Shown: positions 8,706-17,765 of the stretch, piece by piece
How positions within the stretch are numbered: the stretch's first letter is position 1
Layout: each line of letters starts with the position of its first letter
Virus record (IMG/VR): IMGVR_UViG_3300048606_000166
Location: 1 to 64,000 of that record
DNA from: a virus
Taxonomy: Duplodnaviria; Caudoviricetes
DNA: 64,000 bases
Reading direction: 5' to 3' (one strand)
Program-made: the position numbers and the translations under genes
The notes under the pieces: model-generated
The model's database searches: none
What the model saw: only the letters and a program-made list of their open reading frames with translations
Told to the model about the DNA's origin: nothing

Positions 8706-9325
8706 GCGCGCTGGGGGGTCTTCTGCCTGAGGAAGAAAATGCGCGCTTCATGCGCGAGCTGTTCGAGCTTCTGCGCTCCGCCGGCGCGAAGCTGACGATC
8801 CGCTGCCCTAAGTGCAAGTGGAAGGACGGCGAGGTCGTCGAGCACGCGCCCGATTGCCTCTCGCTCCTGCCGCCGGCTTTCCTGCCGCTCTTGCACCGCC
8901 TGGTCGATTCGCGAAGCCATTACAAAGAGGAGCGCGACCGGTTCGAGCTCGCGCTACAGGGCACGGCGCAAAGCCTGCACCTTCTCGACCGGCCGACGCA
9001 TTTCATGCTCGACCGCTGGAAAAGGCTCGAGGCGCTGGCGCAGCGCGTGAAGCGGCTCATGGCCGCCTACGCCGAGTTTCCGAAAGACCCGGCATGCTGG
9101 CCGATCGAGGAACTCGACCAGGCCTACGAGGCGCTCGATCCGCAGAGCCCCTTCGTCGAGTTTCACAGGCTTTGGACGGCGACGGTCGGCACGACGAAAT
9201 ACAACGCGATCGACTGGACGCAGCTCGAAGCGCGTCTGCTCTTCGCGATGCGCAGCGCGGATCGAGAAACGGTGAACCAGGTGTTGGGCGAGGCGTACTT
9301 CCTCGCCCCTGAGCACATGCACTGA
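8702..9325 (+). CDS. Hypothetical protein
   Basis: GTG start coupled to upstream stop; CPKC motif. Confidence 0.65.
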   Translation: MSALGGLLPEEENARFMRELFELLRSAGAKLTIRCPKCKWKDGEVVEHAPDCLSLLPPAFLPLLHRLVDSRSHYKEERDRFELALQGTAQSLHLLDRPTHFMLDRWKRLEALAQRVKRLMAAYAEFPKDPACWPIEELDQAYEALDPQSPFVEFHRLWTATVGTTKYNAIDWTQLEARLLFAMRSADRETVNQVLGEAYFLAPEHMH

Positions 9326-9336
9326 AGGGGGCCCCG

Positions 9337-9678
9337 ATGACGTCTCTCAACGCCTATGAACAAGCTTTTGGCGAGCGCCCGCTTGCGACCGCGCCGGTCT
9401 GGGTCTTCGCCCTCATCGAGAGGAGCGCGATTGAAGTCGGCCGCCGCTACGGTCTCGAGCCGAGCCGGATCCTGACCGTCGACCGAAGCCATGTCGACCG
9501 GCGCCTGGCGACCGCCCGCGAGCAGCTCGCCGCACGCATTTACGAGGCCTTCCCCCACCGCGCCATGCTCGCGCGCGCGTTCGGCATCTCGCGCGACACC
9601 CTGCGCGATTGGCTCCGGCGCGCCGAGGATTCGGGCTGGGTGAGGCCGAGGGCAAACCAAGACGAGGTCGCCGCATGA
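9337..9678 (+). CDS. Helix-turn-helix protein
   Basis: RAMLARAFGISRDTLRDWL HTH pattern. Confidence 0.7.
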   Translation: MTSLNAYEQAFGERPLATAPVWVFALIERSAIEVGRRYGLEPSRILTVDRSHVDRRLATAREQLAARIYEAFPHRAMLARAFGISRDTLRDWLRRAEDSGWVRPRANQDEVAA

Positions 9679-9920
9679 AGCCGGAGCCGAAGATGACCGC
9701 GCATGTCTTTCTCTGCGGCCGCAAGCGCCGGCCGCGCTGCACGGGCCCGGGGTGTGGCGTCGCGAGCATCACCGAATGCGCCTACGTCGTGAACCGCCCT
9801 TCGGGCAAAGGCACATGCGATCGCGCCCTCTGCCGGCACTGCGCGAGGCGCCGCCCCGAGCTCGGCCCGGACGCCTTCTACTGCGCCACGCACCACCGGA
9901 TCGCAGGGGGCCAAGCATGA
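9675..9920 (+). CDS. Small Cys/His-rich hypothetical protein
   Basis: C...C...CD..LC..CA...DAFYCATH; coupled. Confidence 0.7.
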   Translation: MKPEPKMTAHVFLCGRKRRPRCTGPGCGVASITECAYVVNRPSGKGTCDRALCRHCARRRPELGPDAFYCATHHRIAGGQA

Positions 9921-10738
9921 CCTGGCGCAACCTTCGAGAGGAGCTCTACGAGGTCCTCGCCGAGACCATCGAGGCGCGCGTCCCGCTGGGCTCGTTCCAC
10001 CCTAACCAGTCGGTCCACGTCGAGACCGGCGGCCGGACGAAGTTCGGAGCGCGTCCCGAGCGCTCGACGTGCCGAGAGTGCAAGACGATCTTCACGCAGT
10101 ATTACAAGGGCAAGATCGCGAAGTTCTGCTCGCGATCCTGCCGGCTGCGCGTGTGGAAGCGTAAGCGCATCGCCGAACTGACGCAGGAGATCCGAGCCTT
10201 TCGTGCCTCGACGACCAAGTGCCCATGCGGCAAAGCGGCTCGATCGACTGGACGCAATACCGGATCTCTGGCGACTTACTGCAGCCGGCAGTGCGGTCAG
10301 CGCCAGCGCGCGCATCGAAAGCGTTGCATTGAATGCGTCTACCGCGGAGCACGGGCGTGCAAGTTTCCGAGCCGAAAGCCACCGGCGAGTGCGTTTTGGC
10401 GAGCCGGCCGATTGAAGCTGACCGAGGCTGATCTTCACAGCGCCCGCATGATGCGCGCGGAAGGCGCGTTGGGAACGGAGATAGCGGCCCGATTCGGGAT
10501 CAGCGCGCGATATGCGCTGGTCATTACCAGGGGCTCCGCGCCCTACCGCGAAGTGCGAAAACGCAAGCCTTGGGGCAGTGGCCCGCGAGGTGCCGCCGGC
10601 GGCCTGAAGCTCACGGGGGCGCAGGTCGAAGAAGCGCGGCAATTGCGTGCCTCTGGCGCCATCCTCAAGGTCCTCGCCGCTCGTTTCGGGATCAGCGGCG
10701 CGCACGCGAGCCGCATCTGCCGGAGTTCCGACAGATGA
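9917..10738 (+). CDS. Zn-finger protein with two tandem HTH repeats
   Basis: CREC...FCSRSC and CPC...YCSRQC; two KLT...AR..RA.G......AARFGIS repeats. Confidence 0.7.
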   Translation: MTWRNLREELYEVLAETIEARVPLGSFHPNQSVHVETGGRTKFGARPERSTCRECKTIFTQYYKGKIAKFCSRSCRLRVWKRKRIAELTQEIRAFRASTTKCPCGKAARSTGRNTGSLATYCSRQCGQRQRAHRKRCIECVYRGARACKFPSRKPPASAFWRAGRLKLTEADLHSARMMRAEGALGTEIAARFGISARYALVITRGSAPYREVRKRKPWGSGPRGAAGGLKLTGAQVEEARQLRASGAILKVLAARFGISGAHASRICRSSDR

Positions 10739-11358
10739 AACGGCACAGGAAAACGAGGGTGCTCGCGCCGGCAGCACCCGACCTTTCGTCGACGGCGCGG
10801 CTCACGCCTGCGCAGCTCGACGACATTCTTGCGCTGCAACTTGCGGTTGCATGGGCCGGTGAAACCGCGGGCGATCCACCTCGACTCGGCTGGTGGAAGA
10901 CGGACCTCGTGGACAAGGAAGGGGGTGGCGATTTATGGGCGCGCCTCGTTCCGAAGAGCGCAACTTGGGCGAGCCTCGCGCTTGTGCGGATGGCGGCGCG
11001 CACGATCGACGAGAGGGCGCGCGCGAAGTCGGCGCGAGGCGACGCGATGTGGACGCCGTTCCACTGCGGGTTCGACGTGAATGAGCAGCTCGATGACCGG
11101 CTCGTCGATCACCGTCGTCACGAGGACATCCCCGCCAATGTATTCGGATCGAAGTGGTTGCTCGATCGACCCTGGAACAAGGCGGCGTTAGAGACCCTTC
11201 TGAAGGCCCTGCCCTGTTCATTCGTTGAAGTGACGCCGGCCGGCAGGTCGGTCACCGCACACGTGACCTCAGTGGTTGACGCGGCCCCGCTGCTGTTCGC
11301 CGCGCTCTTGCCGCTCGGGCCGCGGTACCCGCTTCCCTACATCGAGAGGCCCGCATGA
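10735..11358 (+). CDS. brxE: BrxE-like protein (BREX type 6 accessory), orphan
   Basis: LDDILALQLAVAWAGE...PPRLGWWKTDLVD..GGGDL.ARL.P....WASL..VR.AA...D...R and C-terminal YPLPY match BREX-6 BrxE sequences as recalled; not database-verified. Confidence 0.72.
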   Translation: MKRHRKTRVLAPAAPDLSSTARLTPAQLDDILALQLAVAWAGETAGDPPRLGWWKTDLVDKEGGGDLWARLVPKSATWASLALVRMAARTIDERARAKSARGDAMWTPFHCGFDVNEQLDDRLVDHRRHEDIPANVFGSKWLLDRPWNKAALETLLKALPCSFVEVTPAGRSVTAHVTSVVDAAPLLFAALLPLGPRYPLPYIERPA

Positions 11359-11912
11359 CGAAGGCGAAGAAGGCCGCCCGCGAGAAGACTCCGCGGGAGA
11401 TACAAATGGCTGAACTGCGGCGGAGGCGCGCGAATTGGAAGACAGGCCCCCGTGTGCCGGTCGGCACAGGACCGGGCGAGCATCCGCGCGACGCCGATGG
11501 CGGAGCGCGGATATTCGTTCGTGAGGTATTGCCTGCAAGCCCAGCGCGCTTCTGCTGGTTCTGTTTCGAGAGCGACCGGGAATTGCACGTTGCCGACATC
11601 ACTGGCGTCTGTTTCTGCAAGGAGTGCGCATCCTCGCTGTTGGAGCTCGCGACTTACTACGTGCCCGACCAGGACGAACTGATCGGGCCGCTCGTGAACG
11701 CGTGCGCGGCAGCACTGCCGATCGTCGAGGCCGGCCCCCATCCGCTGATTGCCGCCCAACTGAAGTTCGCCATTCAGCTCACGGCCGAGTGGTTCGACGG
11801 CGCTTGCCCAGAAGCCGATCCCGCATGGTCCGAGGCGGACGCAGCGGAGATGTCTCGCGAGCCGCGTCAGCCCGAATTGCCGCTTGAAGACCTGAAAGGA
11901 CCGGCGACGTGA
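11355..11912 (+). CDS. Protein with ClpX-type C4 zinc finger
   Basis: CWFC-x17-CKEC, resembling the ClpX N-terminal Zn-binding domain. Confidence 0.5.
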   Translation: MTKAKKAAREKTPREIQMAELRRRRANWKTGPRVPVGTGPGEHPRDADGGARIFVREVLPASPARFCWFCFESDRELHVADITGVCFCKECASSLLELATYYVPDQDELIGPLVNACAAALPIVEAGPHPLIAAQLKFAIQLTAEWFDGACPEADPAWSEADAAEMSREPRQPELPLEDLKGPAT

Positions 11913-13141
11913 CCGAGCTTCTACGAGCCCCATTCCCGTGGTTCGGCGGAAAGCGCCGCGTCGCCGACGTCGCGTGGCGCGCGCTCGGGGCCGATGTAGC
12001 GAACTACGTCGAGCCCTTCGCCGGCTCGTTAGCGGTGCTCCTCGGGCGGCCCGGCGGCGCCGGCAAGATCGAGACGGTCAACGACATCGACCGCTACCTC
12101 GCGAACTTCTGGCGCGCCATCCAGCACGCCCCGGGCGAGGTCGCCGAGTGGGCCGACGGCCCCGTGAACGAAGCCGACATGCACGCGCGCCACCTCTGGC
12201 TCGTCAACCAAAAGGAGTTTCGGGAGCGCATGCACACCGACCCCGACTTCTTCGATGCGAAGATCGCCGGCTGGTGGGTGTGGGGGATCTGCCAGTGGAT
12301 CGGCGGCGGCTGGTGCACGGTGCCCTGGCAGCGGAAGCGGCCACGTATGGATGCCGCCCCGGGCACTGGTGTGCACGGCAGCGGCCGCGAGCGCGCGCAT
12401 TGGCAACAGCGCCCAGCGATGACGGGCGATCATCCGGGCAACGGCGTGCACTCCGAAGCGGCCTATTCGCCAGGCCGGCGGCCCTCGCTAGGCAGCGAGG
12501 GGCAGGGTGTGCATCTAAGCCGACAGATGCCGGAGCTCCGCATTTACGGCAATGGCGACGGCGCAACCGGCAAGGGAATCCATAGCGGAGGTTTCCTGCG
12601 AAAACATGAGGCCGGCGCTCGCCTCCCCTCGCTCGGCAACGACCGCGGCATCAGCGGCGTCGCCGCCCCACCGTGCCTCGATTGGTTCCTCGCCCTGCAG
12701 GAACGCCTGCGCCGCGTGCGCGTGGCGTGCGGCGACTGGAAGCGCGTGCTCGGCCCCTCCGTGCTCGGCAAGGGCAAGAACGTCGGCGGCCGCCGGCCCT
12801 GCGGCGTCTTCCTCGATCCGCCGTACAGTCACGAGCTCCGCGACAACCACCTCTACTCGGAGGACGATGTCGGCATCGCCGAGGCGGTGCGCACCTGGGC
12901 GATCGAGCACGGCGACGATCCCGATCTGCGCATTGCCTTTTGCGGCTACGAGGACGGCCGCGAGATGCCGCCTGGCTGGACCGCCCACGCCTGGAAGGGC
13001 GCGCGCGGCTACGCCGGCCAAGACAACACAAACCGCGAGCTCGAGCGGATCTGGCTAAGCCGCCACTGCCTGCCGCTCGAGCCGGAGACAGAGCGCCAGG
13101 GTTTGCTTTTCGGGTCCGTTGTCGCCGGGGGGGCGCCATGA
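11909..13141 (+). CDS. DNA adenine methyltransferase (Dam/D12-like)
   Basis: PFPWFGGKRR, YVEPFAGS, ETVNDID, VFLDPPY. Confidence 0.9.
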   Translation: MTELLRAPFPWFGGKRRVADVAWRALGADVANYVEPFAGSLAVLLGRPGGAGKIETVNDIDRYLANFWRAIQHAPGEVAEWADGPVNEADMHARHLWLVNQKEFRERMHTDPDFFDAKIAGWWVWGICQWIGGGWCTVPWQRKRPRMDAAPGTGVHGSGRERAHWQQRPAMTGDHPGNGVHSEAAYSPGRRPSLGSEGQGVHLSRQMPELRIYGNGDGATGKGIHSGGFLRKHEAGARLPSLGNDRGISGVAAPPCLDWFLALQERLRRVRVACGDWKRVLGPSVLGKGKNVGGRRPCGVFLDPPYSHELRDNHLYSEDDVGIAEAVRTWAIEHGDDPDLRIAFCGYEDGREMPPGWTAHAWKGARGYAGQDNTNRELERIWLSRHCLPLEPETERQGLLFGSVVAGGAP

Positions 13142-13764
13142 GCTGGCACGAGGACATCTCGTTCGAGGTAGAGCTGGAGTTTCTGCGCTTCATGCCGCAC
13201 TGGGAGCGGCTCGAGGGCGCGCTCTGGTTCGCCCGCCACGCAAAGCACATCCACTGGGCCGCGTGCGGAAAGCTGTTTCGGCAGACCGCTCTAGGCCGGC
13301 AGAAAAACCGCGAGTGCACCAAGAAACGGCACGAACTCCTGAAGGCCATTCCAGATGGGTGGATCAAGTGCAAAGCGTGCGGCGACCAGTTCGAGGTAAC
13401 GGTGATGCAGCGACGGAAGGGCCGCTCGGTCTGCTCGCTCAAGTGCGCCGGCGAATTGCGTCATCGCACTGATCGCGAACCGAGCGCGCGGCGGCCGGAG
13501 ACGTCTTCGCAGAAGCAACGGCGCAACCAGGTCCGGAGCGGGCGCTATCGACAGTGTCAGGCAACACCAGACGGGCAATCCATCTGCCTAGCATGCGGCG
13601 CTTCGTTTGCCGTTAGTCTGCAGCAGCGACGCAAAGGCAACACGAAGGTCTGCGGCTACGCGTGCGCCGGCCTTCTATCGAGCCGCGTTCGAGAGACGCT
13701 CCGGTCGGCCGGACGGTGGCCGCTTGCAAAAGCCCGTAATGTGACCAGCGAGGGCTCCCAATGA
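13138..13764 (+). CDS. Zn-finger repeat protein
   Basis: CKAC...F...CSLKC and CLAC...F...CGYAC; coupled. Confidence 0.65.
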   Translation: MSWHEDISFEVELEFLRFMPHWERLEGALWFARHAKHIHWAACGKLFRQTALGRQKNRECTKKRHELLKAIPDGWIKCKACGDQFEVTVMQRRKGRSVCSLKCAGELRHRTDREPSARRPETSSQKQRRNQVRSGRYRQCQATPDGQSICLACGASFAVSLQQRRKGNTKVCGYACAGLLSSRVRETLRSAGRWPLAKARNVTSEGSQ

Positions 13765-14048
13765 GAGTCAGGCCGACGCCCTGTAAGCCGCTCCTCTCGT
13801 GGTGCGAGGACGAGGCCGCTCGAGCTCTCGAGCGGATCGTTCTTGAGCGCATTGGAAAGCCGGAAAGCAAGCACCCTCTCAACGGCGCCGAGCGGATCGA
13901 CATGAGCCACTGCGTCATTGGGTGTGGACGGTGCGGAGGCGTCCATGGCGGCGACGGAATCGTGTCGCGAGAAGGCGTCGAGAAGGGGCGCTGCCCGACG
14001 AAACGCTGCACGTGCAGTCGCAAGCAACGCGGGGGAGGCGCCACATGA
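13761..14048 (+). CDS. Hypothetical Cys-rich protein
   Basis: ATGA-coupled at both ends. Confidence 0.55.
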   Translation: MRVRPTPCKPLLSWCEDEAARALERIVLERIGKPESKHPLNGAERIDMSHCVIGCGRCGGVHGGDGIVSREGVEKGRCPTKRCTCSRKQRGGGAT

Positions 14049-14425
14049 CGGGCGAAAGCGACATCGCCAGCATCATCATCAAGGTGCGAGCGCTCATCGA
14101 ATCGAAGCACTTCACCTACCAAAATGAGCACGAGCTGCAGCTCGGCATCGAGACGACGCTCGGCGGCGCGCTCATCCCCTACGAGCGGGAGTTTCGGTTG
14201 ACGGCGACAGAGCGCCCCGACTTCCTCGTCTGGGGGTGCCTCGCCATCGAGGTGAAGGTCGACGGCGGACCGTCGACCGTCCTGCGCCAGCTCGAGCGCT
14301 ACGCCAGGTACGAAGTCGTCGAAGGGATCATGCTCGTCACGCGTCGGATGCAGCACCTGACGCTCCCCGCCACCATCCTCGACAAGCCCTTGTCGATCGT
14401 GCCGCTGACCCAGGGATCCCTTTGA
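14045..14425 (+). CDS. PD-(D/E)XK family nuclease
   Basis: E...RE..L....RPDFL....AIEVK....QLERY motif. Confidence 0.8.
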   Translation: MTGESDIASIIIKVRALIESKHFTYQNEHELQLGIETTLGGALIPYEREFRLTATERPDFLVWGCLAIEVKVDGGPSTVLRQLERYARYEVVEGIMLVTRRMQHLTLPATILDKPLSIVPLTQGSL

Positions 14426-16167
14426 TGCAGAAGCTCGGGACCATCCGCCGGATGGTCGAGCGCGCGAGCGGCAAGGCCGAGCGCGCCCTCTGGCGTGTCG
14501 AATGCTCACCCCATATCGGCCTTCGTATGCGCCGCATCTTTGGCAAGCTGACACGCGAAGACCGAGGCGTGCTCGTCCTCGGCGACAACATCGAAAACTG
14601 CCGCGATCTGGCATGGTTTTTGGACCGCTACCCACTCGGCATCAGCCCCGAAGACCGCGCCTACCTGCTCGATCGCGAGCGTGCCCACATGCTCCAGGGG
14701 GAGGACGTCGACGCCATCCTGAAGGGCCGCTACAACGGGCACGCCTTCGAGCTCGCCATCCCCGCGCGCGACTACCAGAAGCAAGCCGCGGCGATTCTCC
14801 TTCGGACCGGCGCGCTCCTTCTCGCCGACGACCTCGGCATCGGTAAGACCGTCAGCGCCATCTGTGCGCTCACCGATCCGGGCACGCGGCCCGCGCTCGT
14901 CGTCACCATGACCCACCTGCCCCGCCAGTGGGAGGGGGAGATCAAGAAGTTCGCGCCGGGCCTTCGCGTTCACTGCCTTCGCAAGGGCACGCCCTACGAC
15001 ATCTGTCGCCCGCCTCGGGTGAAGCGCTCCGATCCCGAGGAAAAATACGACGCCTTGCCCGACGTCATCATCTCGAACTACCACAAGCTCGCTGGCTGGG
15101 CGGGCGCCTTGGCCCCGATCATCAAGACCGTCATCTTCGACGAGGCGCAAGAGCTCCGACGCGTCGATAGCCTTAAATATGAGGCTGCGCAGACCATCTC
15201 GGACGGCGCCTCCTATCGGATGGGTCTCACGGCGACGCCCGTCTACAACTACGGCGGCGAGATCTTTTCGGTCCTCGACTGCATCAAGCCGGGCGCCCTT
15301 GGAACGCGCGAGGAATTCAAGCTCGAGCACTGCACCGACCATGGTAACCACCTGCTCATATCGGACCCGCGCGCCTTCGGTTCCTACATGCGCGAGGAGG
15401 GGCTGCTGCTCCGGCGCACGCGCGCGGACGTCGGCCACGAGCTCCCACCTCTTACCAAGATCCCCCACTACATCGACATCGACGGTACGCAGCTCGACTA
15501 CGCGACGCAGGGGTGCGCCGAGCTTTGCCGCTTCATCCTGTCGACCGCGAACGAAGGCCGGGGCGCGAAGATGCGCGCCGGCGGCGAGCTCGACTACAAG
15601 CTCCGGCAAGCGACCGGCATCGCCAAGGCCAAGTACGTCGCGCAGTTCTGCCAGATGCTGCTCGAGGGCGGCGAGAAGAACCTCGTGCTCTTCGGCTGGC
15701 ATCACGAGGTGTACCGGATTTGGTGCGAGTGGTTTCAGAAGCTCGGGATCTCCTTCGCGATGTACACGGGCAAAGAGCCCGCTCGAAAAAAGGAGCTGGC
15801 GAAAGCGGCCTTTCTGGCCGGCGAAGCGAAGGTGCTCGTCATGTCGCTGCGAGCGGGCGCCGGCCTCGACGGTCTCCAAGAGGTCTGCCGCACCGGCGTC
15901 ATCGGTGAGCTCGATTGGAGCCCGCAAGTCATGGACCAGGACGTCGGGCGCCTGCACCGGTTCGGGCAGGAGCAGAGCACCATCGCCTACTACCTGATTG
16001 CCGAATCGGGCAGCGATCCGGTGATCGCCGACGTGCTCGGTCTGAAGCGCTCGCAGAGCGAGCCGCTCGTCAACCCGGGCGCCGCCCTCGTCACCGAAGG
16101 CGAGGTCGATCCCGAGCGCATCACCCGCCTCGCCGAGGCGTTCATGAAACAGAGGGGGTTGCAATGA
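14425..16167 (+). CDS. SNF2-family helicase
   Basis: RDYQ, LLADDLGIGKT, IFDEAQ, LTATP, LRRTR, AGAGLDG, QDVGRLHRFGQ. Confidence 0.92.
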   Translation: MQKLGTIRRMVERASGKAERALWRVECSPHIGLRMRRIFGKLTREDRGVLVLGDNIENCRDLAWFLDRYPLGISPEDRAYLLDRERAHMLQGEDVDAILKGRYNGHAFELAIPARDYQKQAAAILLRTGALLLADDLGIGKTVSAICALTDPGTRPALVVTMTHLPRQWEGEIKKFAPGLRVHCLRKGTPYDICRPPRVKRSDPEEKYDALPDVIISNYHKLAGWAGALAPIIKTVIFDEAQELRRVDSLKYEAAQTISDGASYRMGLTATPVYNYGGEIFSVLDCIKPGALGTREEFKLEHCTDHGNHLLISDPRAFGSYMREEGLLLRRTRADVGHELPPLTKIPHYIDIDGTQLDYATQGCAELCRFILSTANEGRGAKMRAGGELDYKLRQATGIAKAKYVAQFCQMLLEGGEKNLVLFGWHHEVYRIWCEWFQKLGISFAMYTGKEPARKKELAKAAFLAGEAKVLVMSLRAGAGLDGLQEVCRTGVIGELDWSPQVMDQDVGRLHRFGQEQSTIAYYLIAESGSDPVIADVLGLKRSQSEPLVNPGAALVTEGEVDPERITRLAEAFMKQRGLQ

Positions 16168-16817
16168 GCAAACGGATTGCCAAAGACGAGAGTGCGGGCG
16201 GCAAGAACGAGAACTTCGCGACCCCCCCGTGGTGCGTCGACCGGCTTCTCGACGGCATGGTCGGTAACGAAATCCGCCTGCCCATCCAAGGGCGATGGCT
16301 CGAGCCTTCGGCCGGCACCGGCGCCATCATCGTGAGCGCAAGCGCGCGCTACCCCGCCGCGCATTGGACGGCCTGCGAGATCCGCAAGAGCTGCGAGCGC
16401 CACCTCGCCATGGCCGACGAGGTCGTGATGGGCGACTTCTTCACCACCTCGCGCCGGTTCGGCACCGGCCCCTGCCCGGGGGGCAAGTGGCCCTTTGATC
16501 TGGTCGTCATGAATCCCCCCTTCACGCTCTGCCACGACTTCGTCGTGCGCTCTCGCGAGCTCGCGCCGGTCGTGATCTGTTTGACCCGGCTCAACTGGTT
16601 CGCGAGCGCCGAGCGGCAGCCGTGGTTTCAGACGAACATGCCCGCCCAGACGCTCGTCTTACCCGACCGCCCTTCGTTCACGCGCGACGGGCGAACCGAC
16701 GGCACGGAATACTGCTGGGCGATCTGGACTCCCGGGCCGCGCCATCACACGCGGATGTCGGTCCTCGCGCTCACTTCGGTCACCGTCCGCAAGTCCTACT
16801 ACCGGTCGGCGGCATGA
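16164..16817 (+). CDS. DNA N6-adenine/N4-cytosine methyltransferase
   Basis: F.TP.W, WLEPSAGTGAI motif I, VVMNPPF motif IV. Confidence 0.88.
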   Translation: MSKRIAKDESAGGKNENFATPPWCVDRLLDGMVGNEIRLPIQGRWLEPSAGTGAIIVSASARYPAAHWTACEIRKSCERHLAMADEVVMGDFFTTSRRFGTGPCPGGKWPFDLVVMNPPFTLCHDFVVRSRELAPVVICLTRLNWFASAERQPWFQTNMPAQTLVLPDRPSFTRDGRTDGTEYCWAIWTPGPRHHTRMSVLALTSVTVRKSYYRSAA

Positions 16818-17428
16818 ATCTGACGCCCCAAGAATTGCGCATGATCCGGCACGCGGTTTTGGCGACGTACGAGGAGCCCCGGTCGGAACTTCTCGCCAAG
16901 CTCGACGCCGAGATCTCAGCTCAAGCCGTGGGGCAGCTCGTCTTTCGGCTCGAGCTCGCCCTCTGGTCGACGGTCGCGACCGCGCGAAGGCAGAAGCGCC
17001 GCGGCGATGAGATGCCCGCGCCGCCGCGGCTCTGGGCCCCGACGATGAACGAATACAAGGGCATCGCGAGCTTCGAGGTGACGAAGCTGAAGAAGGCCAT
17101 CGACGAGGCCATCTTGCGCACGAAGGCGCTTTACCCGCGCTGGGGGTGCGGTGTGACAGAGAACGCCAGGCTCGAACGGGGTAAGCCCGTCGTCAGGCGG
17201 CACGGCGGCCGCCCGCGCCTCGTCGTCGTCGAGCGGGAATCGAACCGCCCGCCCGACGAGCTTTCGGCTGATGCCATAGGGGGAAAGGTGCCGATCGACC
17301 GGCTCGTCGCGGCCTGCATCTTGCGCGACGATAACCGCGAGTGGTGCCTTCGCTACGCGAAGTGGACGCCGGTGCCGAGGGGCGCCGGCCGTGTCATCGT
17401 TTCTGTTTACGAGCTGCTCGAAAAGTAG
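16814..17428 (+). CDS. RusA-like Holliday junction resolvase (C-terminal half)
   Basis: PDE....GGK.PID.L....IL.DDN acidic motif pattern. Confidence 0.65.
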   Translation: MNLTPQELRMIRHAVLATYEEPRSELLAKLDAEISAQAVGQLVFRLELALWSTVATARRQKRRGDEMPAPPRLWAPTMNEYKGIASFEVTKLKKAIDEAILRTKALYPRWGCGVTENARLERGKPVVRRHGGRPRLVVVERESNRPPDELSADAIGGKVPIDRLVAACILRDDNREWCLRYAKWTPVPRGAGRVIVSVYELLEK

Positions 17429-17660
17429 CCTCGATGTGGCGTCTGACCGCTTCAGGCTCCCACCAGTAACTGGGGATTCCATAGATGGCTTCAATGAGGC
17501 TTCGCTCTGCCGCTCGTGGCGCCTCGATTCCGGCCTCCCAGCGCGAGACGGTGGCTTGTGCCACACCGATAATGGCCGCGCAGTCCCTTTGCAGATGCGC
17601 CTTGACCTTGCGTCGTTTTGGCAGCTCTCGGGCACCCTTCGTAAGCTCGCGTTCGGCCAT
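17394..17660 (-). CDS. XRE-family HTH repressor (Cro/CI-like, 88 aa)
   Basis: QRDCAAIIGVAQATVSRWEAG HTH_3 signature; own promoter upstream. Confidence 0.8.
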   Translation of the reverse strand: MAERELTKGARELPKRRKVKAHLQRDCAAIIGVAQATVSRWEAGIEAPRAAERSLIEAIYGIPSYWWEPEAVRRHIEATFRAARKQKR

Positions 17661-17669
17661 CTCCGCGCA

Positions 17670-17698
17670 AGCATACGGCAACGCATGTGTTTTGACAA
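17670..17698 (-). promoter_or_regulatory. Sigma70-type promoter for the XRE gene with operator copy 1
   Basis: TTGTCA-17-TATGCT on minus strand; ATACG-GCAA-CGCAT at 17673-17686. Confidence 0.7.
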
Positions 17699-17713
17699 TC
17701 TTCACTGCCAGCC

Positions 17714-17742
17714 TTGTCGATATGGATACGAAACCGTATATT
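17714..17742 (+). promoter_or_regulatory. Sigma70-type promoter for the recombination operon with operator copy 2
   Basis: TTGTCG-17-TATATT; ATACG-AAAC-CGTAT at 17726-17739; AAGGAG RBS downstream. Confidence 0.72.
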
Positions 17743-17765
17743 ATCAAAGAAGGAGCAACGTCACC

